From Rhynchobatus australiae (lineage: Eukaryota), in NCBI GenBank assembly GCA_034780895.1, contig JAUZTB010000098.1:87775663-87839662 (forward strand): a stretch of DNA of 64,000 bases, given 5' to 3'. Both the position numbers and the translations under genes were made by a program. The notes beneath the pieces are model-generated. The model ran no database searches. It saw only the letters and a list, made by a program, of their open reading frames with translations, and was not told where the DNA came from. Of the stretch, positions 50,744-63,290 are shown in pieces (position 1 is the stretch's first letter; each line of letters begins with the position of its first letter).

Positions 50744-51030
50744 CTGGCACAGCATTTTTTTTACAGCGCCAGTGACCCAGGTTCAATTCCGGCTGCTGTC
50801 TGTAAGGAGTTTGTACGTTATCCCCATGACTGCATAGGTTTCCTCCAGGTCGCTCTGATTTCCTTGCACATTCCAAAGATGTACAGGTTAGGAAGTTGTG
50901 GGCGTGCTACATTGGCACCGGAAGCATGGTGACACTTGCGGGCTACCCAGAACACTCTACACAAAAGATGCATTTCGCTGCATGTTTCGATGTACATATG
51001 AATAATAAAGTTATCTTATTTATCTTATTT
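50744..51030 (+). mobile_element. tRNA-derived V-domain SINE, fairly well preserved
   Basis: Pol III B box GGTTCAATTCC at 50780-50790; V-domain ggagtttgtacgttatcccc..ggtttcctcc; 3' aataaa followed by (tatcttatt)x2. Confidence 0.85.
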
Positions 51031-51104
51031 GGTGGTGTGGAATGGAGTGTATGCCAACCAAAAGAATAACAAGATACTAATCCAATGTTATGGTATGAAG
51101 GCAA

Positions 51105-51470
51105 ATAAAACTGCAGATGCTAGAATCTGAAACAAAAATAGAAATGCTGGAAGAACTTGGGTAGTCGAGCAAAGTCTGTGGAAAGGGAAACCAACCAATA
51201 TTTTGGGTCAACAATCCTCCCTCAGAACTGGGGGAAGAATGGCGGGTTTACAGTTCTCAAAGGAGGAGTAAGGTGTAAGATACAAGTCTATAAGGAGATT
51301 GGTTAAGACAAATTGGGTGTTGAGGAGTATGAGTACTGAGGCATTTAGTAAAATGCCTCAGCAAGGTATTTGAAAGATCTGGCTGGAGGAAGGGACATGA
51401 GCATGACAACTAGTTTCTTTTTCCTCTGCCAGGCTGACTGAGTTCTTTCAGCATTTCTGTATTTGTTTAT
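51105..51470. mobile_element. Old Penelope-terminus element with inverted ends
   Basis: ctgcagatgctagaatctgaaac..gctggaagaact at left; tgagttctttcagcatttctg at right. Confidence 0.6.
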
Positions 51471-51824
51471 GACATGTGGACCTAGTTGATCTGGAAGTGA
51501 CCAATGATGCTCCCTCCTTCAGATAATATGCTGAAAGTGACCATGTAGTGTCCCATAAGTGATGTTGCATGGGAAGTCCATCATTAATTGCATAACTGAT
51601 GAAAAAATCATATCTGGTTATAAGGATGATTCACGGCATGGAGTACCTGCCTGAATATATGGAATGATGTGAAACAACACTGAGATTGGTGTCATTATTA
51701 AGTTTTGCTCTCAAACGAAAACTTCCAATGGCTAAATCAGTGCTATTCATTGCCAACTTCCTTAACTCACTATTCACAAGAAGCAAGCATTTCACTCTGG
51801 AAGGAAGCAACCTTACTCAACATA

Positions 51825-51975
51825 TCCCTTATGTCTAACAGTGGTCCCAACGTTGATCCCTGGGGTACAGATTTCCAGTAAGAAAAACACCAATCAACCT
51901 CAACCCTTTGCATCCTATCACCTTCGGATCCCTTGTGCCTTAACCTTCTGAACCAGCCTACCATGTGAGACCTTG
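51825..51975 (-). mobile_element. CR1 RT-domain fragment
   Basis: Minus strand DRMQRVEVDWCFSYWKSVPQGSTLGPLL. Confidence 0.8.
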
Positions 51976-53344
51976 TTTTCTATTTGCAGTACAGAAATAG
52001 AACCTCTGTTGCTTTGAGGTGAAACAATTGATTATCGTATTACTACTGCCAATTCTGTATGAATGGAACTCTTACCCATACAGATCAACTTCATGGCAGT
52101 AAAGAGTCCTCAGGAATTTGGAGTTTTCATAACAGGCTAAATTAAACTTCTTAAAGGTTTAACTAAAAATGATTTAACTGTGTATTAACTTGATGTCATG
52201 ATATTGAGGTATAATCTATAACTTGGTTCTTGGTAATGATGAGCTAGATTTCAGAACCTTCATTACCCATATCTTGAATCTCCCAAACAGGCTCAATGAG
52301 CTGGATCTCTCATACTTCAGACCCAAAATCAGAATCAATTTATTGTCACTTCCATATACACTTACAGCATTCGTGGGCATGAAATACCGTACTCCACAGA
52401 TCAAGGTGCTGCACTTAATGCTGATATGACTGAGGCATTAATAATGTTGATGGGTCTAGCTTGTCTATGTCAACTAATTATTTCTTGTTGAATGGGTGAG
52501 GTAGGAATGGCAGAACTAAATTGGTTGACNNNNNNNNNNNNNNNNNNNNNNNNNNNNNNNNNNNNNNNNNNNNNNNNNNNNNNNNNNNNNNNNNNNNNNN
52601 NNNNNNNNNNNNNNNNNNNNNNNNNNNNNNNNNNNNNNNNNNNNNNNNNNNNNNNNNNNNNNNNNNNNNNNNNNNNNNNNNNNNNNNNNNNNNNNNNNNN
52701 NNNNNNNNNNNNNNNNNNNNNNNNNNNNNNNNNNNNNNNNNNNNNNNNNNNNNNNNNNNNNNNNNNNNNNNNNNNNNNNNNNNNNNNNNNNNNNNNNNNN
52801 NNNNNNNNNNNNNNNNNNNNNNNNAAGCATTACTGTAGTAAAATCAGTAAGCTGGGTGGACAATCAAAGGTTCTTTCTCCCAGCAGAAGGTTCTGAAAGT
52901 TATGAGACTCTCATAGACCAAGAGTGAAAATCAATCAAGGTTGCTTATCAAAATTCATTGTGTTTTTTTTTCCCCATTTGGAAGCTTTTAACCAGGGTTT
53001 AAGTTAGAAAGTATAAAGTCTTTTATTCTTGTATCTGGTGATTTTTTTTGTCTATGTTACCTATACCTGGGTAGCCTCATAGTTAGTGGAAGATGCCTTC
53101 TTGAACCACTGTATTTCAACAGTGGAAGATGCCTCCACATTGCTGATCAATCAGCAATTCCATAATTTTGGCATCAAGAGAATAGAATTGTGTGGGTGAT
53201 GTGGGTATCTTCATGATGTAGCTTCATGTATTTGCTGCCCCTTGGTAGTAGAATTCATATGTTTGCAAAGGAGTACCAAAGAAGTATTGGTAACTGCAGA
53301 CCATTTATGTTATTGCCTTGCAGTTTTACATTTGGAAAATTAAA

Positions 53345-53665
53345 GGTACAAAATTCTTTTGGGCTTGATATAGTCAGTGCAAGGAAGATATTTCCCCAGT
53401 TGGGTTGACTAGAACCAGGGATCACACTCAAAGTAAGGGGTTGGCCAATCAGGACAGGGAAGAGAATAATAAATCTTTGGAATTCTCTACCCCAGAGAGC
53501 TGTGGAGGCTCAGCTGATGAGTATTATTCAAGATAGAGAATAATAATTCTCAAATATTATAAGAATGAAGAGCTTATGGGGTTCAGGTAGGAAAGTGGCG
53601 GTGAGGTAGATGATCTTTCACAAGCAGCAGGTTTAAGTGGTTGGATGGTCTGCTCCTGTTTTTAC
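53345..53665 (+). mobile_element. CR1 LINE 3' fragment
   Basis: actagaaccagggatcac..ctttggaattctctaccccagagagctgtggaggctcag (LWNSLPQRAVEAQ), tail tctgctcctgttt. Confidence 0.8.
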
Positions 53666-54069
53666 TAATTTTTTTTGTACTGTTTCAAATTGTACCTGAT
53701 AGACACATACTAGAATAGAACTGAACAAGCAGAATGTTTGCTTTATTGGGAACTGTCTGAATCAGTGAACTGGATAATTGAAAAGTGAATATATGTTCTC
53801 TAAGAATTTCTACAAACCAGTGCCCAAAATTCCTTGGTAGTTCTCAACCTGACTTTGCAGGCCTTTGCCATCTTTGTACAAAATAGTCTGGCTGAACGGA
53901 ACAGTGGATGATTGACTGGTGTTATACTATTTTCCTCCTAATGTACCTGGCAGCCATCAAATTATATAATCAGAATATAGTCACTATTGTAGACTAAATT
54001 TATGTAGATAATGACTTGATATGTTTGTGGGTTAAGTGTTGGCTAGAATGCATATATTTTCCCTACTAT

Positions 54070-54235
54070 GTATTTCAAGTGGTGTACTGAGACCTTTTGT
54101 CCAGTTGAGAGAGCAGACTGGACCTCTGTTTAACATCTCATCTGCAACACTCCATCCATGCAGCATTGCCTTTTCATCAGAATTGAATGCTAGCCTAGAT
54201 TTTGTGCTTTAAGTGTCTGTAGTAGGACTTGAAAG
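54070..54235 (-). mobile_element. Deu-domain SINE (SacSINE1-like)
   Basis: gagagagcagac..gtttaacatctcatct..gcagcatt..agcctagattttgtgct..gtaggacttgaa is the reverse complement of the Deu-SINE head. Confidence 0.65.
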
Positions 54236-54299
54236 CATTCTTTTCATGCCTTCTGTTTTCTAAGGTGAGTGTGCATCAGAAATTGTTAAACGGAACAAG

Positions 54300-54354
54300 G
54301 AAATGTAGGGGTAACTTCATGCATTCCCAGAAATGTAGGGGTAACTTCATGCAT
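54300..54354. repeat. 25-bp exact direct repeat, 30-bp period
   Basis: gaaatgtaggggtaacttcatgcat at 54300-54324 and 54330-54354. Confidence 0.95.
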
Positions 54355-55675
54355 GTAAAACAAAGGTCTATCAGGAAGGACTTGGACTGTTTGTCTGGGT
54401 GCTGTCATAATTATGGCAAACCTTTACTGTTTGTTTGCTATAGTTGTGATTGACATTGATTTGAATGCTCTGGCCCAAGCAGGAAATCAATTTAAATAGA
54501 TCTTGATTGAGTTTTGAAATTTCATTAATGTGTACAAACCAGACCAAGTGTTTAAATTGTATAAGTTTTAATTTATTTTCATAGCTTGCAGAGGGAGAGC
54601 TTTTTCTTTTGTGTACAAAGTAATTGATCAATAGTTAGTTGTGCAGGGCAAAACAAAAGTGTGCATTGTTTTCGGAATGTCTTGCTTACCTGTGCCATAA
54701 TTTTGCATTCTATCTTGACTCTGTTGACTTAGTGTGGGTGTTTCTGTTGGGTTTGAGTTCAGTTGCTAAACAACCAAAATTAGTGATTTGTATTGAACGT
54801 AATTACGGTGTAAACTGGATACTTTTTCAGTAGATAAAGAAGATGGTGGAATTTAACATTTAGAAGAGCCTTTTGAGTTTAAATTTAGCATTCGGTCTGT
54901 CCAATTGTTACTGAGTGAGGTATTCTTTCATCGAGAGCACCGAAAGGGATCGGGTTTTAAATCAAACAATTCTTCTTTCCGCAGCAAAACTGGAATGGTG
55001 GAGAGCTGAATGCTATTGCTCAAGGCATAAAACTGCTTGTGATACAAGCTATGTTGCTTGATATGATGCATTTTATCCAACTGATATATTTAGTCCATGG
55101 ATTCTGCCTCACTTGAAAGCTTTCAAATTTATGCAGCCTGTTTGAGTCTTACTTTTGCTACCAAAGTTGTTCTGTGCTGATGCTTGAAACCTCCAGGTTT
55201 GTTATATTGGGAGATAGCCTTCGGTTGTACTATAGTCAAATTGAACCACATGAGGCTCACATAAAACCAAGTGTTTGACTAAAGCAGAAGAGCGAAAAAA
55301 AAAGGAAATGTTTCAAATCTATGCATTTTGTTGTGATCTAAAAAATTGGGGTGATCACTTGCATGAGGACTTCAAAACAGAAAAAAAACTATCTGTTATG
55401 AGAATCAGCTTGCCCTGCTTATCCTGCTAGATTTTCTTTCTCCTCTCGCTCACCCCTCCTCCCCAGGAAGGAGTGCTATGGTACACCAGTGTTTCATCTT
55501 TTTGTCAAAACTCAACTCAACTGAAGTTCAAAAATTGCTGTTGGCCGAGTGCATTGAAAGGTCATCATTCACATCCGCTACCACCTGGGCACATGTGGAC
55601 TTCATTAACATAATGAATAATAACTGCTTTCGCAAACCCTTGTACCAATCGTACACCGAGCAGACCTTCGTGCAC

Positions 55676-55785
55676 TTTCCTACATTACAACGGTGACTAC
55701 GCTTCAACAATAGTCCATTGCCTGTGGAGTCCTTTGGGACATCCCAAGGTAGTGATAGGTGCTAAATAAATCTTTCTTTCTTTCC
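55676..55785 (+). mobile_element. Deu-SINE (SacSINE1-like) 3' tail
   Basis: tttcctacattacaacggtgactacgcttcaa..ctttgggacatcc..gataggtgctaaataaatctttctttcttt. Confidence 0.75.
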
Positions 55786-56813
55786 CCTTTCCTTAAGTTT
55801 TAGAAAAGGAAAAAGAATGACTTGATTGTGGAATTGGTTATTTTAGCTGGTGCTGGATTTTTCCTTCACTTATGGATCCATCATGGCTGTCATGACCATT
55901 GCTTCCTTCCTCTCACTAATTTGCTATTGTTGCAAGCCCCCTTCACAAAATGGAATAGCAGCCAGCTTTAACCCCTCAGCTGACAGCTTTGACAGTAGGT
56001 TGTGGGTTTGTCAGCCTCCTAGTTTCTTGTATGACTGGAGCATTCTATTCCTCTGTACTGGATTAAGTAGAAAACAACTTCATTTGCTCCAGATCTGATG
56101 TCTCAGCAGAGTCCACCGCCTTGCAAAATCTACCTTGTCAATAGAAAAATGTTTCAGCAATTTGGTCACTTGAGTGAATAGGGGAACAGAAGGGGTGGGT
56201 GGTAACAATGTGGCTTTTTCATCTTCAAAGAAAGCATTGAAATAATTCATGAACATTTTCAGATATAATGTTTTAATGTGGCATTAAATCAATGTAAATG
56301 CAATTATTATAGTTGCATGTTCCTGCCTGTATTCCTAGTGTAGTCGTTCTTGCTCATAAAGGCTTGCTTCCTGCTCAGGCATTACAAAGGTAGAACAAGG
56401 GAGATGTCACTCTAGCATTCTCAGGCTTGCTTGGCTTCATTATAAAGATTGGATCTAGTGTCATTATAGGGTGGGGTAAAAAACCTTTTGAAATATTTTG
56501 GCTCCCCTCTTTGGATTTGAACTAAAATTTACAAATAGGCAGGCTGTGCTTACTGTGTGTAACGTTTTATTTTTTGTTACTGGAAGGCCATGCAAATCCA
56601 GGGGGTTTCTGTTCAGGATAAAAGTTGTGATGCTGACAATTAAATCTATTAAGTACAGCTTGAATTAATAACCACAATGTGGGAGGTGGCAATTCAGCCC
56701 ACTGAGTCTATGCTGCCAGCAGAACATGTGCATCAGTGGCCATTCTCCATCTACTCTGTCTCACACCCATCAATTTCCCCTGGCCCTTCTCCCAATTCTT
56801 CTGCTATCTACCC

Positions 56814-57378
56814 AAACAGAATCAGGTTTATTATTACTGACATATGTCGTGAAATTTGTTGTTTTGCAGCAATGGTACAGTGCAAGACATAAAGACATAA
56901 AAATTACTCTAAGTTACAAAAATAAATAAATAGTGCAAAAGAGGAATAACAAAGTAGTATTCATGGACCATGAATAGGGGAAGAAGCTGTTCCTGAAACA
57001 TTGAGTGTGGGTCTTCAGGCTCCTGTACTTTCCTCCCCGATGGTAATAATGTGAAGAGGGCATGTCCCAGGTGGTGAGGGTCCTTAATGATGGATGCCAC
57101 CTTCTTGAGGCACTGCCTCTTNNNNNNNNNNNNNNNNNNNNNNNNNNNNNNNNNNNNNNNNNNNNNNNNNNNNNNNNNNNNNNNNNNNNNNNNNNNNNNN
57201 NNNNNNNNNNNNNNNNNNNNNCAGGATGGTGTGAGACATAAAGACATAAAAATTACTATAAATTACAAAATCAAATAATGAGGTAGTGTTCATGGACTGT
57301 TCAGAAATCTGATGGAGGGGAAGAAGCTATTCCTGAAACATTGAGTGTGGGTCTTCAGGCTCCAGTACCTCCTCCCCA
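56814..57378 (-). mobile_element. Rex1/Babar LINE 3' end, partly duplicated across a gap, inserted in a minus-strand SINE (56670-57490)
   Basis: Minus strand CLKKVASIIKDPHHLGHALFTLLPSGR; tail ..taataataaacctgattctg. SINE head (reverse complement of ctgtgagacagcagcaccaactactgtgcc) at about 57440-57487. Confidence 0.8.
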
Positions 57379-58539
57379 TGGTGGGATAATTAACCCACCA
57401 GTGGTCACAATTCAGTGTATACTGCTCAAGGTGAGGATCAAATGCAGGTCACTGAAGCTGTGAGACAGCAGCACCAACTACTGTGCCTATAGGCTGTCTG
57501 TTTCAAGCCTCCTGATTTCCAACATAACTGGAGCATTTGAATTCCACTTATCTACATTTTAAACAATGAGCTCCCTTGCCCATGGTGGCCATGTTACTTG
57601 AATGCATTAATGTTGGCTCTCTTTACTAAAGGATCATCCAATTTTGTTTGCTGCCTGGTGACCAAAGATATGAATTTGAACACTGCTGACCATCTCGACC
57701 CCCTCGTCAGTGGTCCTTTTATAGTTCTGGGCATTGTATATGCAACCTAATGAAATCAGTTACTCTGCCAGTGGCTCTGTTGGACTTGATAATAAAATCG
57801 TGACTCTTCTTTTATCTGCTGAATAGTGAAAACTAGAAAAAGGGTTTTATACCTAATACAACTTGCACAAACTCTTACATCCGTCATTTCCTTCCAACCA
57901 GCATGCCAAGATTGTCTCAGAGTCTCCAAGATTTAAAGGTACAGCTCCTGGATACTGCAAGAAGTAACCCAAGTAAAAAAAAACGTTCAAAAAGCACTTG
58001 CTGGTATGTGACCAGGTGGAAATGAGGGCTATCATTGAAACCTTGATGAATCTATCCAGCTGGAGTTGATGACCCTGGTAACAGGGGTGTGTGGATACAT
58101 ACAGAGATAGTACCCAGAGCCATGGTTAAGTAATTCACCATCTCCCTCTGCCAATCTGTACCTACATTTAAAATTCAGCAAGACAGTGAACAATTGGATC
58201 AGATCCATTTAAGTGTTTTATTTTGTGATAAGCTTTCTTTTTATCATTCATGCCATTTTTACTGTTTGCTTGTTCTAATGGATTTGGGGAAATGTTGTGG
58301 AGAAGAGAGCAAAGGGGTTCGTTAAAAGAATTCTTAACATGCTGGCTGCTTTGCTGTACAGTTGATCATATTAAATGGGGAACACATTTTGACAATCACT
58401 TGAATTGCTTGAGACCTGCTACAGTTATATGAAATAATCGAGAAACCACTACCTCTGGAATCTTGAGAGCTTGTGACATTGATGTAATTGTCTCCACTGA
58501 ATTTATGTTGCACCTTCAATATGGACAAGTGCCTATGAT

Positions 58540-58710
58540 AATACAAAATGCTTCAGTAATACAGGATGATAATTAAACAAATTGGACACTGACTCACATG
58601 AGGTATGAGAGATGACTAAAAGCTTATGGATAATGGGGAAAGGGAGGATGTGGGAGTATTTGGAGAGGAACTAGGGCCTTGGCAGCTAAAAGCATGGCTA
58701 CCACTTGTAG
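58540..58710 (-). mobile_element. L2-like LINE 3' remnant
   Basis: gacactgactcacatgagg..gatgactaaaagctt..agggccttggcagctaaaagcatggctacca resembles recalled elasmobranch L2 3' regions. Confidence 0.5.
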
Positions 58711-59809
58711 AGGGCAGGGAGTTTTGGCCAAGTGGCTGTTTTTACCTGTTTGCTTTTAATCTTGCTCCTTGACAGCAGGTGAAAAAGAGATTCTTCAGTT
58801 TTCTGTGCCCAGCACCAGAAAAAGTCTGCTTGCCTAACTGAATTCTTATTTTAAAAACTAAGAGTCATGGAATATAGTGTCTTAAGTTGACCAAGCAGAA
58901 TAGTGTCGGAAAAGTTTTAGGGCTGATCAAATGTTGATGTAGAATTGATGTAAGGTGCAGGGAAGGAGTTGGTTTACAAGTCATTGTCAATGTAAAATTA
59001 TTCAAATCTTTGATAAGTTGAGCTTTGAACTTTCTCCTTGTTGTTATGGGTTATATGTGAATTACAGGCTTTCTGGCTCTAATTTAAAATGTCATCCTGT
59101 ATTTGAGTTTATATTTCATTTCTTCTTCCTGTGTCCTAGTTTGTAGAGGTGTAACTGCACACCTTGGGATTAACTAACAGTAAAATGCACAAGGCCTGAG
59201 GCACAAGCATACCTCAAGTTTGGACAATTAAACAATATATATTTTGTTTCCTGTCAATGATATTTAATCCCTCCTGCAGGAAGTGTTAATATTGCAGGTA
59301 AATACTTATCCTGCTGATTATCTATTAACTCTTTGCTAAAGTTTTGGAAGGCCTGTGTTCACAGTTTGAAAGCCTGTGATTCAGAAGGCTACTATATTTC
59401 TGCATTTCACGTTGGACAAGGTGATTTTTATGAAAGGATTGAAAAAGAGTCCTTTCACAGTATATCTTTAAAACAATGAAATTAAAACTAGTTCATTTTC
59501 CATGCATTAATTCACTGTAATGTACCATAAAGCCTATTTTTCTTTTAAAAAGGGGTTGGAGGAAGCACTTTGATTACTTTGTTAGTACCCGATAAGTTTT
59601 GAGTTTCCTCCTGTGGCATAATGTTTCTTGTCTGTTTTAAAGGGCAGAATGACTTTAGACCTCTTGTATGACCCTGCATGAAATATAAATGTTCAAAAAC
59701 AGCAGTCAACATACTGATTTCTGTATTCAAACGGTACATTCAACCATGTAGGTATATCCAGGATGTGCATGTTTAAATTTTGGTTCAAAGCAAGTGATCA
59801 TCTAAATAA

Positions 59810-60190
59810 GAACATGCGATATAGTGCCTGATAACACTTTTTTACTGGAGTGTGGCAAAAGAAAATTTTATATGAGCCATGCAAGCAGATATTGGAGGAT
59901 ATTGTAGTTTTTTGAGGAATGTTGAGGTAAAATGAACTAAATTGGGAACTTAGTTGTTGCGTGGTCAATTACTAATGTTTGAATGATTGAAAATCTGCTG
60001 TGTTTGAAGCCAAAATTGGAGGATTATGGTCATCTCAGACAGTTGTAAGGATGGAGCAGATTATGGTTAGAGACGAAAGATGCCATGGAGGGAATTGAAA
60101 ACACAGGTGAGACTTTTAATATGAAACTGTTGCTTAACCNNNNNNNNNNNNNNNNNNNNNNNNNNNGGACTTGAATCGAGACAGGACTGA
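59810..60190 (-). mobile_element. L2-like LINE 3' remnant
   Basis: gccatggagggaattgaaaacacaggtgagacttttaa..tgttgcttaacc. Confidence 0.5.
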
Positions 60191-61554
60191 GGCAACCTAA
60201 CAAAGGCATTTAAGTACAGGTACCAGAAAAAGATATACACTCAAATATCACTGAGTATTATATGTACATATTTCAATATTGTCACACGCATATTTAAATA
60301 TACATGTTTCATGAAGTATGCTGAATTTCATGAAGTTTGTATTAATTTCAAATTTTAAAACTGAATCTTGAGTAAGGCTCAAAAAATAAAAGGCAATCAA
60401 ATCAAAAATAGTGGTCAGCATCTGGAATGCTTTGCCAGGAGCAGTAATAGAAGGAAATTAAAATTCAAAGCTAGATAAATATCAGAAAAGAGAGGATTTG
60501 AAAGACTAACTGGATTGCTTTTATATAGACCCAGTGCAGACTCGATGAGCTGAATGGCCTCCATCCCTGTTGTATTGTAGCACTGCTGTGGCCACTGTCG
60601 ATCCATGGGTATTTTGATTATGATGGCCACGGTTTGAATTCTAAAGTTATTATATTTACAGCTTACTGATAAGTGAGTCATAAGACTGGATGAAGTCTAG
60701 GAGTATGTCGCTTAGTGAACAAAAATCACAAATTGTTTTCTGTCCTTTGAGACAGGCCTCTTATTTTCCACAGCCTTTCTGACTGACAACTCTTTGATTG
60801 TATTTAAATGTAAAGTAAGGATTGAAGTTCTAAAGCTGGTGTAAAAAGAATCGTCATCAGAGTCACGGCAGGCTGTGGGAAAAAGGATCAGCTTTGTATC
60901 ACTACGCAGCTGAAAGTGGGAGTCACATCAAAATCTAACCTAGCAGGACCAAAAGATACCCAGCTCAGAGAAGCAGGGTTACATTGTATGCTGAACTTTG
61001 ACATACTATGGTTTACATTTCTCCAGGCACATCAAAAATCGAGCATTATTTTCCCCCTGAACCTTTCGGGTCTTTGTTTCTTTCAGCTTTGTCCCACTTT
61101 TCTATTGTCTCCTTAGACTCCACGTCCTGCTTCATATCATTAAATCCTCCCACTACATGAGCTGAGATTTATCGCTTTTTCAAGAGTTGCCAGTATGATG
61201 ATATAAAAGTTCAGTTTGAAAATGCTGTTCACTATCCTTCTGTGTCGGATCTGCTGAACTGTGAAGCTGAGAGAGCCAGGATGTTGACTTGGAACATGTC
61301 GAAAAAGCTTACAAGTGGGCAAGCCACAAGAGTGAGTTGGGATGTGAAAAATCTATGCGTCTCTCAGATCTCAGGATATTAATCTTTCATTTCTCCAGAC
61401 TCTCAGACAACTTGGAAGAGTTACCGACCTTTGTTGTATGCTCTACAAATCCTGAATATTTTTCATATACTTTGGAACAAGGCACTCCACAACATACTGT
61501 ATTTAAATGAATTATTAGTATCTTGTATCAAGCTAGCAAAATAAAAGCATGAAA

Positions 61555-62000
61555 CCATGCTGGAAATCTGAAATAAATGCATGTAATATTCAATGAGTTG
61601 GGCAGCATCTGGGAAGAAGGAAACATGAACACTCAAGTTTAATGACCCCTCTTCAAACTGGAAACTCCAGCAATGAGTTTTAAGATCCAGAAAAAAGAGC
61701 AAGGGGAGAGAAAGAATAAAAGGAATACTGTGGATGGGATGGATGGCAAAGAGGTTAAAGGACAAAAGGATATTGTAAAACAAAAATAAAAGGACTTAAA
61801 ATGGATCAGATAAACAAAAGGTGGATCAAGAGGAGGTGTCAATAGGAGCAGCAGAAATTGTTGGACTTCGCAAGTCAGGAAGGTTATAACGTGATGAAAT
61901 ATTTTCCCAGTTTATGTTGAAATTGTATTGAACTTCATGAGAACAAGTGTAGGAATTTGAAGATGGAATGGTGAAAGTGAGATGGAGAATTGAATTGTCC
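61555..62000 (-). mobile_element. Old Penelope 3' region
   Basis: atgctggaaatctgaaataaa..ggcagcatctggga..gacccctcttcaaactgg followed by a purine-rich UTR. Confidence 0.6.
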
Positions 62001-62454
62001 TCTTCAATTAAAATTTTGTTCACTTGTCCTAAAAGTTGGTGGTCAGATTATTTGCTGATGATCCTATGAAGACTCTTGTGATATGAGTAATAGCTATCAT
62101 AAATACAAATTATCTTCTGTAATCCAAGATTTCTGAGAAACTTAAAATTCCATTAGCTTTTCTCTCGCCTTATCCTGATAGCCACCTTTAATAAAGTAAG
62201 AACCATAATTGTAAATCCCTCTGTTCCTCTGCAACATTGGACTTACTTTCATTAATCATTTTAAGCCATTTCCTTATAATTTTTACAATTTCTTTGCAAC
62301 ATCAATTTTGCCTCAAAAGATTTAATTGTATTTCAGCATCATCCGAAAACTTCACCATGCTCTTGAAGACTAGGCACTGTAAATATGTAAATAGAACGTT
62401 TTGCAGAGGCGATTCAACTGGGCAATGTTGGCTCCTGCTACAAATGTTTTATCT

Positions 62455-62508
62455 CCAGCATCGTAGCGTTTTTCATCGAGATTCTAGTATTCACAGTCCT
62501 TTGTTTCT
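62455..62508 (+). mobile_element. 54-bp Penelope extreme 3' end with exact 14-bp TSD
   Basis: caaatgttttatct at 62441-62454 and 62509-62522. The insert matches 1829-1880. Confidence 0.85.
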
Positions 62509-62622
62509 CAAATGTTTTATCTACTTCAGGAGGAGATTTGAGTGAATTTAAGATCCTTGGTTGATCAACCACAAGACCAAATGGCTTTTTATTAATGACT
62601 TTCTTCCTTGCATCTCTATTGA

Positions 62623-63290
62623 ACTCTGGTTAGGCCGCATTTAGAGTATTGCATGCAATTTTGGTCACCTCACTATCGGAATGATGTCGAGGCTTTGGAG
62701 AGGGTGTAGAGGAGTTTTACCAGGATGCTGCTTGGATTAGAGGGCATGTGCTATCAGGAGAGGCTGGATAAACTTGGGGTCTTTTCTCTGGAGTGGTGGA
62801 GGCTGAGGGGTGATCTGTTGGAAGTGTATAAAATTATGAGGGGCATAGATAGGGTGNNNNNNNNNNNNNNNNNNNNNNNNNNNNNNNNNNNNNNNNNNNN
62901 NNNNNNNNNNNNNNNNNNNNNNNNNNNNNNNNNNNNNNNNNNNNNNNNNNNNNNNNAATTATGAGGGGCATAGATAGGGTGGACAAGCAAAATCTTTTTC
63001 CCATTATTGAGCGATCCAGTATCAGAGGGCATGCATTTAAGGTGAGAGAGGGTGGGTTTAGAACACGTGAGGGTTATGTTTTTTACTGAGGGAGTGGTGG
63101 ATGCCTGGAATGCGTAGCCAGATAGGGTGGTGGAGGCAAATATGTTGGGGGCTTTTAAGAGGGTCTTGGATGGGCACATGAATGAGAGGAAAATAGAGGG
63201 ACATAGGCATCCTGTAGGTAGGAGGTATTAGCTATGTCGGCACAACATCGTGGACTGTAGGGCCTGTTCTGTGCTGTACTATTCTATGTA
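62623..63290 (+). mobile_element. CR1 LINE 3' fragment
   Basis: LVRPHLEYCMQFWSPHYRNDVEALERV..MLLGLEGMCYQERLDKLGVFSLEWWRLRGDLLEVYKIMRGIDRV; tail gggcctgttctgtgctgtactattctatg. Confidence 0.92.

Noticed and set aside
50744-50800. tRNA-like B box
   Set aside because: Head of a SINE; no cloverleaf, so not a tRNA gene.
40468-52896. Long ORFs made mostly of X
   Set aside because: Artefacts of N runs.
56880-57378. Two copies of the Rex1/Babar 3' UTR
   Set aside because: They straddle a 100-N gap. A tandem insertion cannot be told apart from a mis-join, so it is not reported as a finding.
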